A DNA stretch of 64,000 nucleotides, taken from NCBI GenBank assembly GCA_051294375.1, contig CM119268.1, positions 5,107,878 to 5,171,877 of the forward strand, written 5' to 3'. Numbering within the stretch: the first letter of the stretch is position 1; each line of letters opens with the position of its first letter. The notes beneath the pieces are model-generated. The model was not told the DNA's origin and did not search any database. It saw only the letters and a list, made by a program, of their open reading frames with translations. The stretch comes from Paraspadella gotoi (lineage: Eukaryota; Animalia; Chaetognatha). Shown in pieces: positions 28,701 to 43,418 of this stretch. The translations under genes were made by a program, and so were the position numbers.

Positions 28701-29659
28701 GGGGGATGAAGATCGACAGAAACGCACGACGATAATTTGAAAATTTTTGACGATGGAGGAAGCACAGTTTAAAAATACTTGATTTAGAAATTTGACATCA
28801 AATGTTTTCTTTAAAAAGGCAAAAATGACAAAAAAAAAAAAACCATAAACTATGTAAACTTCAAATTATAATTTTACTCAATCTCTATTTTTTGATACCT
28901 CCATTTTTATCAAAAATAGTAGTTAAAAACATGTTAGTACTATTAACTTCCTCGCTTAAACTGATTGAATCAAAAATTGCCCTCTTATAAACTTTTGTTT
29001 TTACCGTATTTTTGAGAGGCAAAAAAATTTTAAAAAAGCTAAAAAAAATGCGCGCTTTAGCGCTTCGGGTCATCTTTAGGGGAATCGTAAAATAAATCAA
29101 ATTTTACATTTTTGTCCTTTTTGGAAATTATTAAGATTTTTATGAGAAGAACCTCTAAAGTTTCAGAATTACTCTGGTTAAGCTATCCGAACTTATGCCA
29201 TTACTATTAATGTTTCGCATTTTAACGTTCACTTCTGATCATAGTTGCCTCTCCCTCTTCCCGACTCCCTATCTTTCCCAATACCCACTCTCTCTCCCCT
29301 TTCCCACTCCCTCTCCCACTCCCTCTTTCCCATCACTCCCTCTCTCCCTCTCACTCTCATCCCTCTTCTCGGGACTTCGTACCTTAACGTATTTATTAAT
29401 GCGCCGTTTAAAAAATCAGCTTTGCTCTCTCCGCTTAATTGCGTCTACGTCAGTGAAAGCAAAGACAGATGCGCAGAGATAGATTAATTATGACAAAGAG
29501 AAAATTTTGAACTTTGCAAATTTATAAAAAAAAACAACTGTAATTTAGTTTATAGAATATGCTTTACGGTATCGAATTCGGCCGTTATATGTATCCCATG
29601 AAATCCATTTCATTCTTGAAGAGTTCCAAATTATAAAGTTAAATAGATGTTATATCTTA

Positions 29660-29945
29660 AGCTCACATAGTCAGCTCCTTGTGAATATGATGCTAATGTA
29701 ATGAGGTGAAAATATATTATTCTCGGATCAAAAAAATCAAGGGGATTCATTTCTAATGACATTAAATTCCTGGAAGTGAATAAAGTTAGACTGTGCAGAG
29801 TTTTCGTGAATATGATAGGATTGAAGGGTTTTGCCTAGGTTATTATCTTGTAAGTAGTGATAGAAAGCCTGTCAAAAAGTCAGGGCTAAGATAATCGCGC
29901 TTTAAGTATTTAAGGAATAGATAATTTTTATTGGTTATCATTAAT
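29660..29945 (+). repeat. Diverged solo copy of the ~320-bp repeat unit
   Basis: Shares CAGCTCCTTG...TATTATCTTGTAAG...AAAGCCTGTC..AAAGTCAGGG..AAGATA with the array units. Other solo copies lie at ~4090-4390, ~8525-8785 and, reversed, ~53410-53625. Confidence 0.7.
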
Positions 29946-30090
29946 TTAATCTTTACATATATTTTTTCATACCCTTGTCTCCCCTCATTCCTCCCTCCCT
30001 TTCTTCCTCCCCTACCCTCACTCCCTATCTTTCTCCCACCCTCCCTCCCTCTCTTTCAACAGCGTCTTCACCTCATGATGAACTGATCCA

Positions 30091-30281
30091 ATGCATTTGA
30101 ACCCCTGCCCACGTGCTTCCCGCCCCTTCCTCCTCCTCCTCCTCCTTCCTCCTCTTCCTCCAATCATATCTCTTCCACGAATGCGTCTGAGCATCGTCGC
30201 TCTGTCTTTGATCACGTTTGACTTGGAGCGCGAATTCGAACGAGCGTACACGTGGGAAGCCAAAAGAGCGGCCGCATCCAG
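30091..30281 (+). CDS. Gfrl: Gfrl-like exon 1 (putative start, signal-peptide-like)
   Basis: ATG at 30091: MHLNPCPRASRPFLLLLLLPPLPPIISLPRMRLSIVALSLITF...KRAAAS. Donor ag|GTTAGA is phase 2, matching the next exon. A pyrimidine tract plus CAACAG at ~30062 suggests an upstream UTR exon. Confidence 0.55.
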
Positions 30282-30751
30282 GTTAGAGGAGGGAGGAGAA
30301 GGATGTAGATGAGAGAGAGAATGAGAGAGAGGACGAGAGCAGAGAGATGAGAGAGAGCAGAGAAGAGAGAGAGGAGAGAGCAGAGACGAGAGCCCTAGCG
30401 GAGGCGCTCCAGGTTTTGGGGGGGTGGAAAGAAGCAGGGGAAAGAAAGAGAGAGAGCAAGAGGAGAGAGAGAGAGCAGAAGAGAGATTAAGAAAAAGAAA
30501 TAGAGAGAAAAATAGTAAATAACGGAAAAATTACCCCTTTTTATGTGAAATAAACTTTTTGTCAATTAGCTTATTTTTTCTCTCTCTTTTCTCATCCCCT
30601 TCTCTCTCTTTCTCACTTTGTGCGCTCCTTCCATCTCATCCACTCTCTCATCCTTCTCTACCCATCTCCCTCTTTCCCCCCCTATATCTCTCTTTTTTCC
30701 ATCGCTATACCGCCTCTCTTTCTCTCTCCTCCCACCTCCCTCATTCCTCTG

Positions 30752-30785
<34 letters not shown>

Positions 30786-32721
30786 CTTACCTCTCATCTA
30801 TCTCTCTCTCTCGTCACCTCCCTCTCTCTCTCCCTCCCCATATCTCTCTCTCTCCCCTCCCTCTCCACCCTCCCTCCAAATCCAACCACAGTCTTGTCGA
30901 CAACGACGACGCTATTTCTCCGACCGCCACATTTACTTCCAAAGTTCCTGAAGACGTCGACGTCGCGACCAGACCGATTTCTTTCCGACAACGTCTGACG
31001 GAACAGTCTGGCGGGAAGGAACGGGCTAGGGATTCCCGCAGGTTGACTGGGGGAGGAAAGAAAAAAAATCAAAACAAAGTGAGAAAGAAGCGTAAAAGGT
31101 CGGCGAAAAAAAGCTGACAGGAAAGAAAAATAAGGAAAAGAAAGAGAAAGCAGTTAAATGAAGGAAAAAGCTTTAAGTGCATGAGGAAAAATGACTTCTT
31201 CGCCGTTTAAGGCAAGGAAATCTGGTTATACTCCATTTTTTCCTCAGCCTCCCCCCCTTCCGTCCCTTCCCCCTCTTCCTCCCCCTCCACCCTTTCCTCC
31301 CTTTCCCCCTTTTCCTCCCTTCCCCTTTCCTCCCTCCACCCTTTCCTTCCCCCCTTCCTCCCTTCCCCTTCCTTCCCCATACCATCCCTTTTCCTCCCCC
31401 CTTCCTCCCTTCCCCTTTACCTCCCCCCATCCCATCCTTTCCTCCCCCCCTTCACTCCCTTCTCCCTTTCCTACCCCTTCCACCCTTTCCTCCCCTTTCC
31501 TCCCTTCCCCTTTTTCCTCCCCTCCACCCTTTCCTCCCCCCTTCCCCCTTTCCTCCCTACCCCCTTTCCTCCCCCTTCCTACCACTTTCCCCCTTTCCAT
31601 CCCCTCCCACCCTTTCCTCCCCCTTCCTCCCTTCCCCCTTTCCTCGCCTGCACTCCTTTCCTCCCCATTCCTCCCTTCCCCTTACCTCCCTTCCCCTTTC
31701 CTCCCCCCTTTCACTCCCTTCACCCCACTTTCCTCCCCCACTTCCTCCCTTACCCCCTTTCCTCCCCTCCACCCTTTACCTCCCCCTTTCCTCCCTTCCC
31801 CCTTTCCTCCCTTACCCCCTTTCCTCCCCCCTTCCTCCCTTCCCCCTTTTCCTCCTTCCCCCTTACTCCCTCCACCCTATTCCTCCCCCCTTCCTCCCTT
31901 CAGCCCCCAAACTGCTTCTCCGACGTCGTTGTCTGCAACAGACGGCGTGATTGCCGCGCCCTCTACCGAGACTACATGCGTTTCTGCAAGTGGAAGCGGC
32001 GGCGCTGCACCAAACGGACGCGGAACGACTGCGCCCGTGCGTATCGCGATCTGCTGCGTGATACGCGGCTGCTGAGTTGCGAGTGTCCGAAGGTGAGAAG
32101 AGGGGGAGAGGAGAGAGAGAGAGAGAGAGAGAGGATGTATATTACAATATACTTTAGTTCTCTATTAAGTAGTCTAAGTCTAATTTATTCCTTTATTTAT
32201 TTGTTTTCGTATTTTTTATATTATTTATCTATTTTCTATCTCAATCTTTTTTTTCTATCTTTCATCCATTCATTGATTCCTTCATTTATTTACTAATTCA
32301 TCCATTCATTTCTTCATTCATTTATTATTTCATTAATTCATTCATTCATTCATTCATTCATTCCATCCTCTCGTATCCCTCGTTCATAACATTCCTTCTC
32401 CCTCTCGAAAAAAAAAGTCAATGACAGACGCGCGTCTCATCGAGAGATGTCACAAGATTCGTGATAAATTTCGGACGAATCCGTGTCACAACGAAGCGCG
32501 ACGAATCATGGACAGAGTGGACGCCGTCGATGATCCCAGCGAACTTTATGACTACAAGGTCAGATCATTTTTTAAAGAGACGTCGTCGTCGTCGTCATCC
32601 TCTTTTCGGTCGTCTTCGTCGTCGTCGTCGTCGTCTTTTCTTCGTTGTTTTCTTTTTTTTTTTTTTGCTATCGCTGTCGTCGTTGTCGTCGTCATTGCCG
32701 AAAAAAAGAAAGAAAGAAAAA

Positions 32722-32789
<68 letters not shown>

Positions 32790-33410
32790 AAAGAAGATCG
32801 GTCCATCCTATGTGTTGCGCCGCAGTGACTTTCTTTTCACGTGTATTTATTACACGCTCTGCATCGAGTTATGAACATTTTAACTGAAGTGAGATAGGCC
32901 GACGGACAGACATACCGACCGATCGACCAACCGACTGATCGACAGACCGACAGAAAAGTGACTTATAGAGTTGCGACTAAAAATAAAGAAAAAAAGAAAA
33001 AATAGAGAGAAAGAAAGAAGGAAAGAAAAAAAAGGTAAAAGAGGTGAAATTGAAACTCCACCCGTGAGGAGACGGTGCGTCGACAGTTCACGGACGAACG
33101 TTCACGCCGATGACGAGGAAGAAGATGACGAAGAAGACGGTGAAGAAGACGGTGAAGACGACTGTTTAGACGAAGACGATGTGTGCGATGACGACAACGA
33201 CGATGAAGACAAGGATGACGACGATGAAGGATGACGACGATGACAACGACGACAAGGATAAAAGACGACGAAGAAGAAGCTATTGACAATGATGATGACA
33301 ACGTCGTCGTCGTCGTCGTCTTCGTGAAATTTCGCGGATCATTTGGGTTCCCGAAAGAGGAGATAGAGAAAGGGAGAGAAATAAAAGAGAGAGAGAGAGA
33401 GAGAGAGAGA

Positions 33411-33473
<63 letters not shown>

Positions 33474-33691
33474 GAGAAGAGAGAGAGAGAAAAAAAAAAA
33501 GAGAGAAGATGAGAAAGTAAAAAAAATGATAAGAAAAAAGAGAGAGAGAGAGAGAGAGGAAAAAAAAAAGAGAAGAGAGAAAGTAAAAAAATGATAAGAA
33601 AAAAAAGACAAAAAAAGAAAATGAAAAAAGAAGACAATTAAAAAAATTGCATGATTATATTCTGCTAAGTCCATCTGCACTCGACTCATCT

Positions 33692-33727
<36 letters not shown>

Positions 33728-34178
33728 ACTCTTCTCTCACTCTCTCTCTCTCTCTTCTCTCTCTCGCTCTCTCTTTCTCTCTCTCTCTTCTTCCTTCCGC
33801 GTCTCTGTCTCTGTCCGTTTCCAGTTTTATTACTACTCGGCGATAATCCCGGAGACCCTTCTTTTTTCCCAGACAAATTATCCTCGACGTCGTCAATCTC
33901 TTTTCGGACTCTCATCAAATCCGCGGGAGAGAGAGGGGGGGGTCGTGGGGGCGGGCGAATGGGGGCTGTGATTGAGGGTGATCGAGGGGTGGAGTGGGGA
34001 ACTGGGAAATGTATGCTGCGGTGGCGAAAGTGTGCTAAATTAGGCACAGTGTAGACTGATACCGAATCGAATCTTTAGAGAGAAAAAGATGAGGAAGAGA
34101 GAGAGAGAGAGAGAAGAGAGAGAGAGGGGGGGAGAGAAAAGTGAGAGAGAGAGAGAGACTGAGAGAGAGAGACAGAAT

Positions 34179-34252
<74 letters not shown>

Positions 34253-34309
34253 GAGAGACAGAGAGACAGAGAGAGAGAGACAGAGAGAGAGAGCAGAGAG
34301 AGACAGAGC

Positions 34310-34340
<31 letters not shown>

Positions 34341-34372
34341 AGAGAGACAGAGAGAGAGAGCAGACAGAGAGA

Positions 34373-34410
<38 letters not shown>

Positions 34411-34810
34411 AATGAGTAGTGCAGTAGTGTGGAAAACGAGATGCACAAAGAACCTGTCTCCACATTTTCGATTCCATTGCATCTCGTCTCTAAGTCTCAA
34501 AAACTCCGCTCAATTAAACATTAAACAAACTAATTTAAGCAAAGAGCCTAACCTTTTTTTCCACTCGCCTTACCCTTCTCGGTTTCTCCAGCATCTTTTG
34601 AGCCTTAACTTTCCTTTTACTTTACGAGGCTTTTGCCGTATCCTTTAAGCCACAACTTATCTTTTGAGCCTCATCTAACACGGCGATGATGATAACTCTC
34701 GTTCGAAGTAAATCCCGTCGGTTAATATTTCATTTGTTAGGCGGCGTCGATCTTGAAGAATTTTCACGATGTTTGGCAAAAACTTGACCTTACCTGGGGT
34801 GAGACTAGAT

Positions 34811-34843
<33 letters not shown>

Positions 34844-34888
34844 CTCTCTCTCTCTCCTCTCTCTTCTCTCTCTCCTCTCTCTCTCTCT

Positions 34889-34920
<32 letters not shown>

Positions 34921-35040
34921 CTCTCTCTTCTAGTTTTCCTCACCGGTCCTGAGTTGTGAGTCTCAAGTCACGTGACTTCGCGAATTTGTTTTCGTGCGCA
35001 GGTTCATCGGAAGTGGGTCCTGCGTCGAGAGAGAGAGAGA

Positions 35041-35087
<47 letters not shown>

Positions 35088-35179
35088 AAAAAATGCGAAT
35101 AAAAAAAAGAAAGAAAGAAAATTAAATAACAAATAAATACATTTTTGAATAAATAAATAATAAATAACAATAAATAAAA

Positions 35180-35265
<86 letters not shown>

Positions 35266-35424
35266 ATATATTAAATATTTATATAATGAATTAATTCATT
35301 AAAAAAGATGTTGATAAAAAGCAAAACAAAGAGAAGAAATTGAGAGAAGGCGAAAAAAAGGGCGAGAGAGAGAGAGAGAGACAGGGAGGGAACGAGAGAG
35401 GAGAGACAGAAAGGGAGAGAAGAG

Positions 35425-35461
<37 letters not shown>

Positions 35462-35826
35462 TTTCCTTCTGGTGTCAGTGAATCTCACAGTTTTGGAAAC
35501 TGGGAAACGACATCATTGAAGGGAAAAACAGAGCGTGTGTGAGAGAGAGATAAAGTGAGAGTGATAAAGAGAGAGAGAGAAAGATTGAGGCCTTCTAATT
35601 GAAATTAAAAGTGTGTGTTTTATTGCAATATAAGATATCAGTAATCAAGAGATTTTATTCTTTTTGCTAATTTATAATTAGTGAGTTATCTAAAAAAAGA
35701 TAGAATAAAAATAAAAATAACGAATTCAAACAAATGACCAACTTTTTTAGACCCAAAATCGATCATCGTTTCAAACATTTGGGACCCGTTACCATAGGAA
35801 ACGCGAAAAAATGACGGAAAACGAGG

Positions 35827-35923
<97 letters not shown>

Positions 35924-36270
35924 ATTTGCCTAAAATATATATGTCATTTTATGTACGCGGCCAGAATATTGCATACTGCATACTGCATAGTGTAATAATA
36001 TAGTTCAGGTATAACTTAAACGGGGAATTATTAATGTAAAAGTGAAACCTCGAACTCGTATTCAATAATCAAGAAAGCAAAAAATTTTTACATCTATTTG
36101 GACGAATCTGCGGCAAAAACAATGAAAAGCTGAAAAGAAAGGACGGAACACCTGAAGGTCAACTCAAGGTCAAAAATGGAGGTCGAAAGGTTTTAGTTAA
36201 TTTGGGTCAAATGTCAGTCGAAGTTAGATGGAGAATCCGAATCAAGTTGTCAACCTCAATTATTTCAGGA

Positions 36271-36320
<50 letters not shown>

Positions 36321-36896
36321 TGACGACGACGATGACAACGACGACGACGATCGACTCAAATATAGTGTTTGGTCGTCGTCGTCGTTTTTGTCGTCATCTT
36401 CTTCGTCTTCTTTGTCGTCGTTGTTGCTATCTTCATCGTCGTCATTGTCGTCGTCGTATTCGTCGTCTTCCTAGTCTCTTATACTCACGGCATATTCTTT
36501 GAATGCGTAAACACTTGAGGCCATAACTTGAATGGCTGATGTGACTGTAGTGATGGTTGGGTATTGTTGTCGTCGTTTTCGTCGTCATCATCTTCGTCGT
36601 CGTCATCGTCGTCGTCGCTTTTTTTGGGGGGTCAACGAAAACAAAATATTGTTATACTGAATGAATAAAAAGACTAAATTAGATGAAAATAAGATGATCA
36701 ATTAAATCAAGTAAATTAAATTAAAAACCTCAAGAACAAAATCCATAATGTCGATAATAACAACGACGACGACGACGGCGACGAAGAAAACGACGACGAC
36801 GACGACGACGACGACGTTCATATCAAGTCGGTTGGAAGGATTTCGTAGGAAAAAAATTCACATAAAAGAACATCAAAGAAAAGGAAAAATGGATCA

Positions 36897-36951
<55 letters not shown>

Positions 36952-37024
36952 TATTCTGAATGTGAGGTCATTCATTGCTGGTCTGTTATGGTCGATTTGA
37001 ACTGAGATCTTCAAAAAAGTCACC

Positions 37025-37077
<53 letters not shown>

Positions 37078-37634
37078 TTTTTTTCTTGCTTCACTGTGAA
37101 AACCCTTCCCTCTGTCGATGAGGTCAGGCCAAGAGTCGGGAGGTTTTTTTGAGACAAAAGAAAAGAAAAAAAATGAAAAGACAAAAAAAGTAAAAGACGA
37201 AAGATAAGAAAAGAAAAGTAACGAAAAATTTGGCACAAGAAAAGATAAGAAAGAGAAAAATGAAAGGACAGAGCAAAGAAAATAAAGGAAGAGGTTAAGG
37301 AAAAGAGAGAAAAGAGAGGAAATTAAAAGACGAAAAAAGAATCAGAAAAGACCAGAAAAATGAAAAAAAAGAAGAAAAGGAAAAGAAAAAAAACGAAAAG
37401 AAAAACAAAAGAAAAGACTTAAAAATGAGAGAAAAATAAAGGAAAAGAGTTTGAAGAGGTAAACTTTATCGACTAATTTACATAATCATTAATCTTTCTT
37501 CTTTATCTTGTTTTATTTCATATTATTTATTTATTTAGGATTATTTATTAATTTTTCCTTGTTTTACTTCAAGTACCTTAATCTTTTCTCTTTCCGTATT
37601 ACAATTTTCCTCCCTCTCTCTCTCTATCGTTCCG

Positions 37635-37675
<41 letters not shown>

Positions 37676-39141
37676 TCCCAATCTCCCAATCTCCCTTTCA
37701 TTCCCGCAAGACATGTTATTCGCGGCTTTCCTGTTCACGTGATGGTTTTTCACTGTGATTCCGTTTCAACTTCACGGGTTCTTCTTCCTCACTTTCGCTT
37801 TCAACATTTTCTCCTTTTTTTTCACCATTTCTTTTTAGTCGGATCTGCTGAGCAGCAGATCCCGACTCNNNNNNNNNNCATGTGGCACCGTGCGCCCCCC
37901 TCAATCTTGTCGGGCATTCACTTATATCATGTCAGGGAAGTGTTTGATTGAACTGGATATGAAGTTTTGATGGAATCGTCCGAGTGGGAATGAGTTTAAA
38001 TGGGAAAAAACGAAAAAATATATTTCACTATTTGAACACTAACTACTCAAGACTGGATGGGGCGATTGACCTGAAATTTTGTCTGTGAGTAGGAAAGTGT
38101 GTGATTAAACTGGAAATAATGTTTCAATGGAATCGTTTGAGTGGAAATGAGTTTAAATGGAAAAAAACAAAAACCTGTTTCACTAATTGATTACGCTTCT
38201 TTTTTTTATATTAAGTGTAGATGCAAGATATATTTATTAATCAAATAATTAATCAGTTAATTAATCAATTAGTCAATTAGTTAATCAATAATTAATTAAT
38301 CAGTCAATTAATCAATCAAAACAAACATTTTGAATGAAATTAATAAATTAATTGCCTAATTAATTAATTAATTAATTAACTTTAATTAATTAATTTTTAA
38401 TTAATTACCGATAATGATCGTGAGCAGTAGAGTGGAGCACTCAAGAACAAAAAATTTATTTGAATGATCGAACAATGGTATTTAGATGTGAGATAGTATG
38501 ATTGACTAGTACAAAAAATATTTTGTTCATATTATGTCGGGAACAGAATAGTAAAATATAATATATTTGTAGTAATATCCTTATAAAATAGTAAATTTTA
38601 AAAATAATTTTTATAAAACTTTTAATAAAGATTCAGATTCTTCATAAAAAGTTGAATCAAAAATATAAAACATGTTATCAAAAATTCTGTCATCTTCAAT
38701 GTTTAAAATAAGAAAAAAGGTGAAAATTCCTGACTTTTTTATTCTCTGTAATAGAAACTTATATATGTTAAAACGTTTTAGTCATTTTTTGTGATCTAAA
38801 CATTAAAATATCTTATAACATATGTTATAAAAGTTTTTTACAGCGAATCCAAATCAGTTCTTAAAAATAAAAAAAATTTATTTTGAAATTTGACGATTTT
38901 ATAAGGATATTACTACATAAATAATTGAATTTGCTATACTGTTATGCTAAAAAAAATTTTAAAAGGATTTAAAATTCATTAATTATATGTCCATAGGCAG
39001 CAAAAAAATAATGTTCAATCACTCAATCTTTTCATCACTCCACCCTAGTGAGAAGATCCGACATTGTTTGCTCAAACTTGTTTTTTTGATATTTTTCGCG
39101 CAATATTTTACTAAATTCTTGATCTCTTCTAAGCGTCAAAA

Positions 39142-39206
<65 letters not shown>

Positions 39207-39545
39207 TCTCTCTCTCTCTCTTCTCTCTCTCTTCTCTCTTCTCTCTCCCTTTCCAAACTGTCTCATCTCGCCATGCCTCCATTTCGCGCTCTCCAGTCGC
39301 CATCGGTTATATCCGTGATTCTTTTAATTTTTTAGTCTCTGGCATCCAACGACGCACCTGTCGAAGCAGCTGTCGAAAGCACCGGTGGCGCCAGAGAAAA
39401 AAAAAGAAGATATTCCGAGAAGGACAGACAGAGACAGACAGAGACAGAAAGGATTGAGATGGTGGCATCACATCAAAACGTTAAACCTCGAGAGGCGAAA
39501 AAAGCTTTGGTTTCCCGTAATTCTGAATGAGAATATATATATATA

Positions 39546-39590
<45 letters not shown>

Positions 39591-39732
39591 TTATTTTCGT
39601 AGGGCGAGCTAAGATATCGTTGTTTTATGGAGACAGATTCGGCTTTGTTATGCGAATGAGATTAGAAAACGAAATCCGATTATTTTTCCGTCTCCTCCTC
39701 CCAGATATTAACATAAATTTGTTTTCACATGC

Positions 39733-39786
<54 letters not shown>

Positions 39787-41177
39787 TTATTGTCTATAAA
39801 TGAAATATGATATATTTTATTTTCGTCGTTGACTATGGACAGCAAGGAGTAGTGAAAGTTGCGAATCAAAATTCGAATAGTTGATCATAAACCATCTTGA
39901 ACCATAAAAAAAAAAAAAAAAATTTGAATTTCCGAATTTTTCGCATTAGCCCATATTTGAAAATATTTAAACCCTGTAGTTTTTGTTAATTTTAATTGAT
40001 AAAACATGGAAATTTAGAAATCTTATCTCGAGGGCGGCGCCATTAGCCTAACTAAGTCGGCATCAGCCTCGAATCCGATAAGAGATCGGCCTCTTTCGCC
40101 TTCACCCGCTGGAGCCGAGCCGAAGGATCTATTCACTTCGGAGTTCATCGCTTCACCCATCGAGTCGCTCATCGGACTTACCGACCTCCGACTAACTTGC
40201 TCCATTTCCGCGATTGTATACATTCGTCCTTATTACACCTTTCGCTTTATATTTCTTAGTTTCGCTTACTTTACTGGTCAGGCAGTTCGGACTCTCCAGT
40301 CCCCCAACTGATAATAATATTTTTTATTTTTTATTTTTTCAAGCTCTGCCAGAATCAGTTTTTAAAATTCTGAATGAAAGATTTTTTTTATGATTTTTAA
40401 ATGAGAGTAATACGATAAACTTTAAATGCTTCTATTTTATTAACTATACATAAAATCTTAACATTTTTTTGAATTTCGATATCCCTCAGGGATAACGTTA
40501 TTTATATTACAGAACTCTTAGTTTTTACCTTGTTCAGCCTTAGTGGATATCTCTCGGGTCTGGTTCCAAGCCCGGTACCCATTCCATTGCTGCTGAGGGC
40601 GCAGTAGTAGTTACAGATCGTATTCCGCCTACTTAGCCCCTCTTCCAAAAGTTTATCACAAGCTTTCAAGCCAAACTTTCGATTTCATAAACGCTTCATT
40701 GACTTCTGTCACGAGCTTCCAATAACTATCTTCACAAACCCTCTCATTGCAGATCATCACAAAATTCCCGACCAATCAATTAATTAATCACAAAGAGTCT
40801 CATTGTCTTTTTATCACAAACCTCCCACTCAATTAATTATTCACAAACTCTCTCATATTATCTCTTTATCACAAACTTCACGTCCAATCAATTATTCACA
40901 AGCTCTCTCATATTATCTCTTTATCACAAACTTCACACCCAATCAATTATTCACAAACTCTCTCATATTATCTCTTTATCACAAACTTCACACCCAATTA
41001 ATTATTGACAATGTCTCTTATTATCTCTTTATCACAAATTTCTCAGTCATCACAAACCGTTTCCATTGTATCGCGAACCGCCTTCCATTCTTTGCGCCTT
41101 CGCATTAATTTTTCAGGTGACGCGTCGAAGACGAAATTTGGGAAGGAAACGCTGGGGGCGTGGTGAGGGGGAGAAGG

Positions 41178-41231
<54 letters not shown>

Positions 41232-41392
41232 CAGAACTTTGACTTTGACTATAAGGACTTCTCATTCTCAAAACTGTCATCTTGATGGAGAGATAGAAAG
41301 ATGACAGATATTTCTCTAAATGTAACTTTACTCTCTTGGTTTCCATCTTTTTCTGTCTGTTCTTTTAATATTCACATCAATTAATCACCTAC

Positions 41393-41450
<58 letters not shown>

Positions 41451-41918
41451 ATTTAACTCACCGCCGCATTACCCAGATATTTAACGAAACTATAATTAAA
41501 TTCAATTTTGAACCTATGACGGCGATATGATTTTTCTTTGTCTTACAATGAATTTATATAAAAATTCTTCTCAACTAACAATAAATATGTATAATATATA
41601 ATATATATAATATTGTATTATTCTTATGCAATGCCCGACTACATATATCTAATTACATTACGTATGTAAAAGACACAGACATTCCATCCCGCCAAATTTC
41701 CCCCGCGAGTAACGTCGTTTCAAAACCTCATTTGCATATTTGCGTCCGCATTTAAATAGTCGCCTTTGTTTAAACCCCAAATTTTTTTAAAAAAGGGAAA
41801 AACGATTGTTCTACGAATTACGTCAAAATATTTTTCGATTCCTAATTTCGATCGCATGTAAAGTTTAAAATGAAAGAAATTCTAACTTAGAAGTTGAACA
41901 CAATATAAGAAAAGTTAG

Positions 41919-41961
<43 letters not shown>

Positions 41962-43359
41962 CAATTACCTATTTAGAGCATAACTAAAATTTTTTCATGG
42001 GTCAGTTTGATTTGAAGACCTTCTGGTTTACAATTCTGAGATAACTTTCGTATGACTGAAATAAATTGTTGTATAAAAGTAGAGATTTTTATTTTATACG
42101 AAAAAAGCATTTGGTTTGTTCGGCCTTGGCCAACTATTCCGGTTTTATGCCTGCGATAAGATTTTTTTTATTTTGATTTTATTTTTTTTCTTCTTTTTTT
42201 CACTGGTGCAAAAAAAAAAAACCGAATCTTGATTTAAAAATTCCGATTCAAGATTTTTTTTTCGTTTTGTTTGCTTCTTTCTTTTTATTGCTTTTCTTCG
42301 CTTTTGTTCGCTTTTTTTTTCGATTTCTTTTGCTTCAGTAATTGTTAGAGTCAATAAAGCTCCTTTATCCCCATATAATTTAATGAACAAAGCTAAATAC
42401 GTGTGTCATCCCATCAGTGTAATATTCTAATCTAAAGTAATTTCAGTCTTAAAAGGAAAAGTCTTCTATCATAAAGAATAAGAAATGGCGAATCAAAACG
42501 TCGTCGTTGTTTTCGTCGTCGTTGCTGTCGTCATCGTAATTTCTGTCTTAGTATCAAATTTTTAAAAAAGAATTACCAATAATTTTTTTTTTATATTTTT
42601 TTATTTATATTTTTTCAAAGGAGTGAAATTTTAAAATATAATTTTTTTTTATTTCTTAAAAACAAACTTTTTGAAAATAAAAACAAATTTTTATTGATAC
42701 CAAAAAGTTACATTATCTTTCAGTTGGAAAGAAAATTCATCTCAATATTAAATAAGTAAAGAGAAAAAAAATGTTTATGATTTTTTAATGAAAACACAAA
42801 TGTCGATTTTAACAATAACAAAGAAAGAAAACGGTTTGTGCCTCTGTAGTTTCGATCACGTTAGCTGACTTCAGTTCTTATTTAAATAACGTTCAGTTTT
42901 TGGAACAGGTTGGCGAGGTTTATTTGTCAACAAACAATTTGGCGACGATAAACGGAGATAAAATGTTTGTTTCATAAAACGATGTGTGAAATTACTTCTT
43001 AATTTCGAGATTAAAATATATAAAAACGTAAAATATAAAATCAATTAAAAATAAACCCCAACGGCGAGATTACGTAACGTTCTAAGGCAACGATTCTCTC
43101 TCTCGCCTAACGTTAAAAATAATCATGATCTTCTTCACATTCGATACTTTTCTTCGCGCGGAAACGGACGAGGCAAGAACCCAGATTTAACTCGTCGGCG
43201 AGTCCCACGGCCACGGTCGTGTCTAGTCATGACCGGCGTAACAAAACGTTTAGAAAGTTTTTAGCAATTTATTATGAAAACCTAACTTATTCCTTCAGTT
43301 GACTAAAAATTTATCATGTGAAGTTGTTCCATATCTTATAGACTTAAAGTGACTTTATA

Positions 43360-43418
<59 letters not shown>

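Noticed and set aside
31191-32075. 294-aa proline-rich extensin-like ORF
   Set aside because: It is the intronic polypyrimidine tract. The real exon starts at 31904 in a different frame.
33050-33320. Acidic ORF (DDEEEDDEEDGEE...) as a possible extra exon
   Set aside because: No pyrimidine tract or acceptor (it is preceded by purines), it is a degenerate GAC/GAA repeat, and the phase chain does not need it.
33820-34050. GC-rich segment after a CT tract and CCAG as a possible exon
   Set aside because: The phase-0 reading hits a stop with no convincing donor and no recognisable motif.
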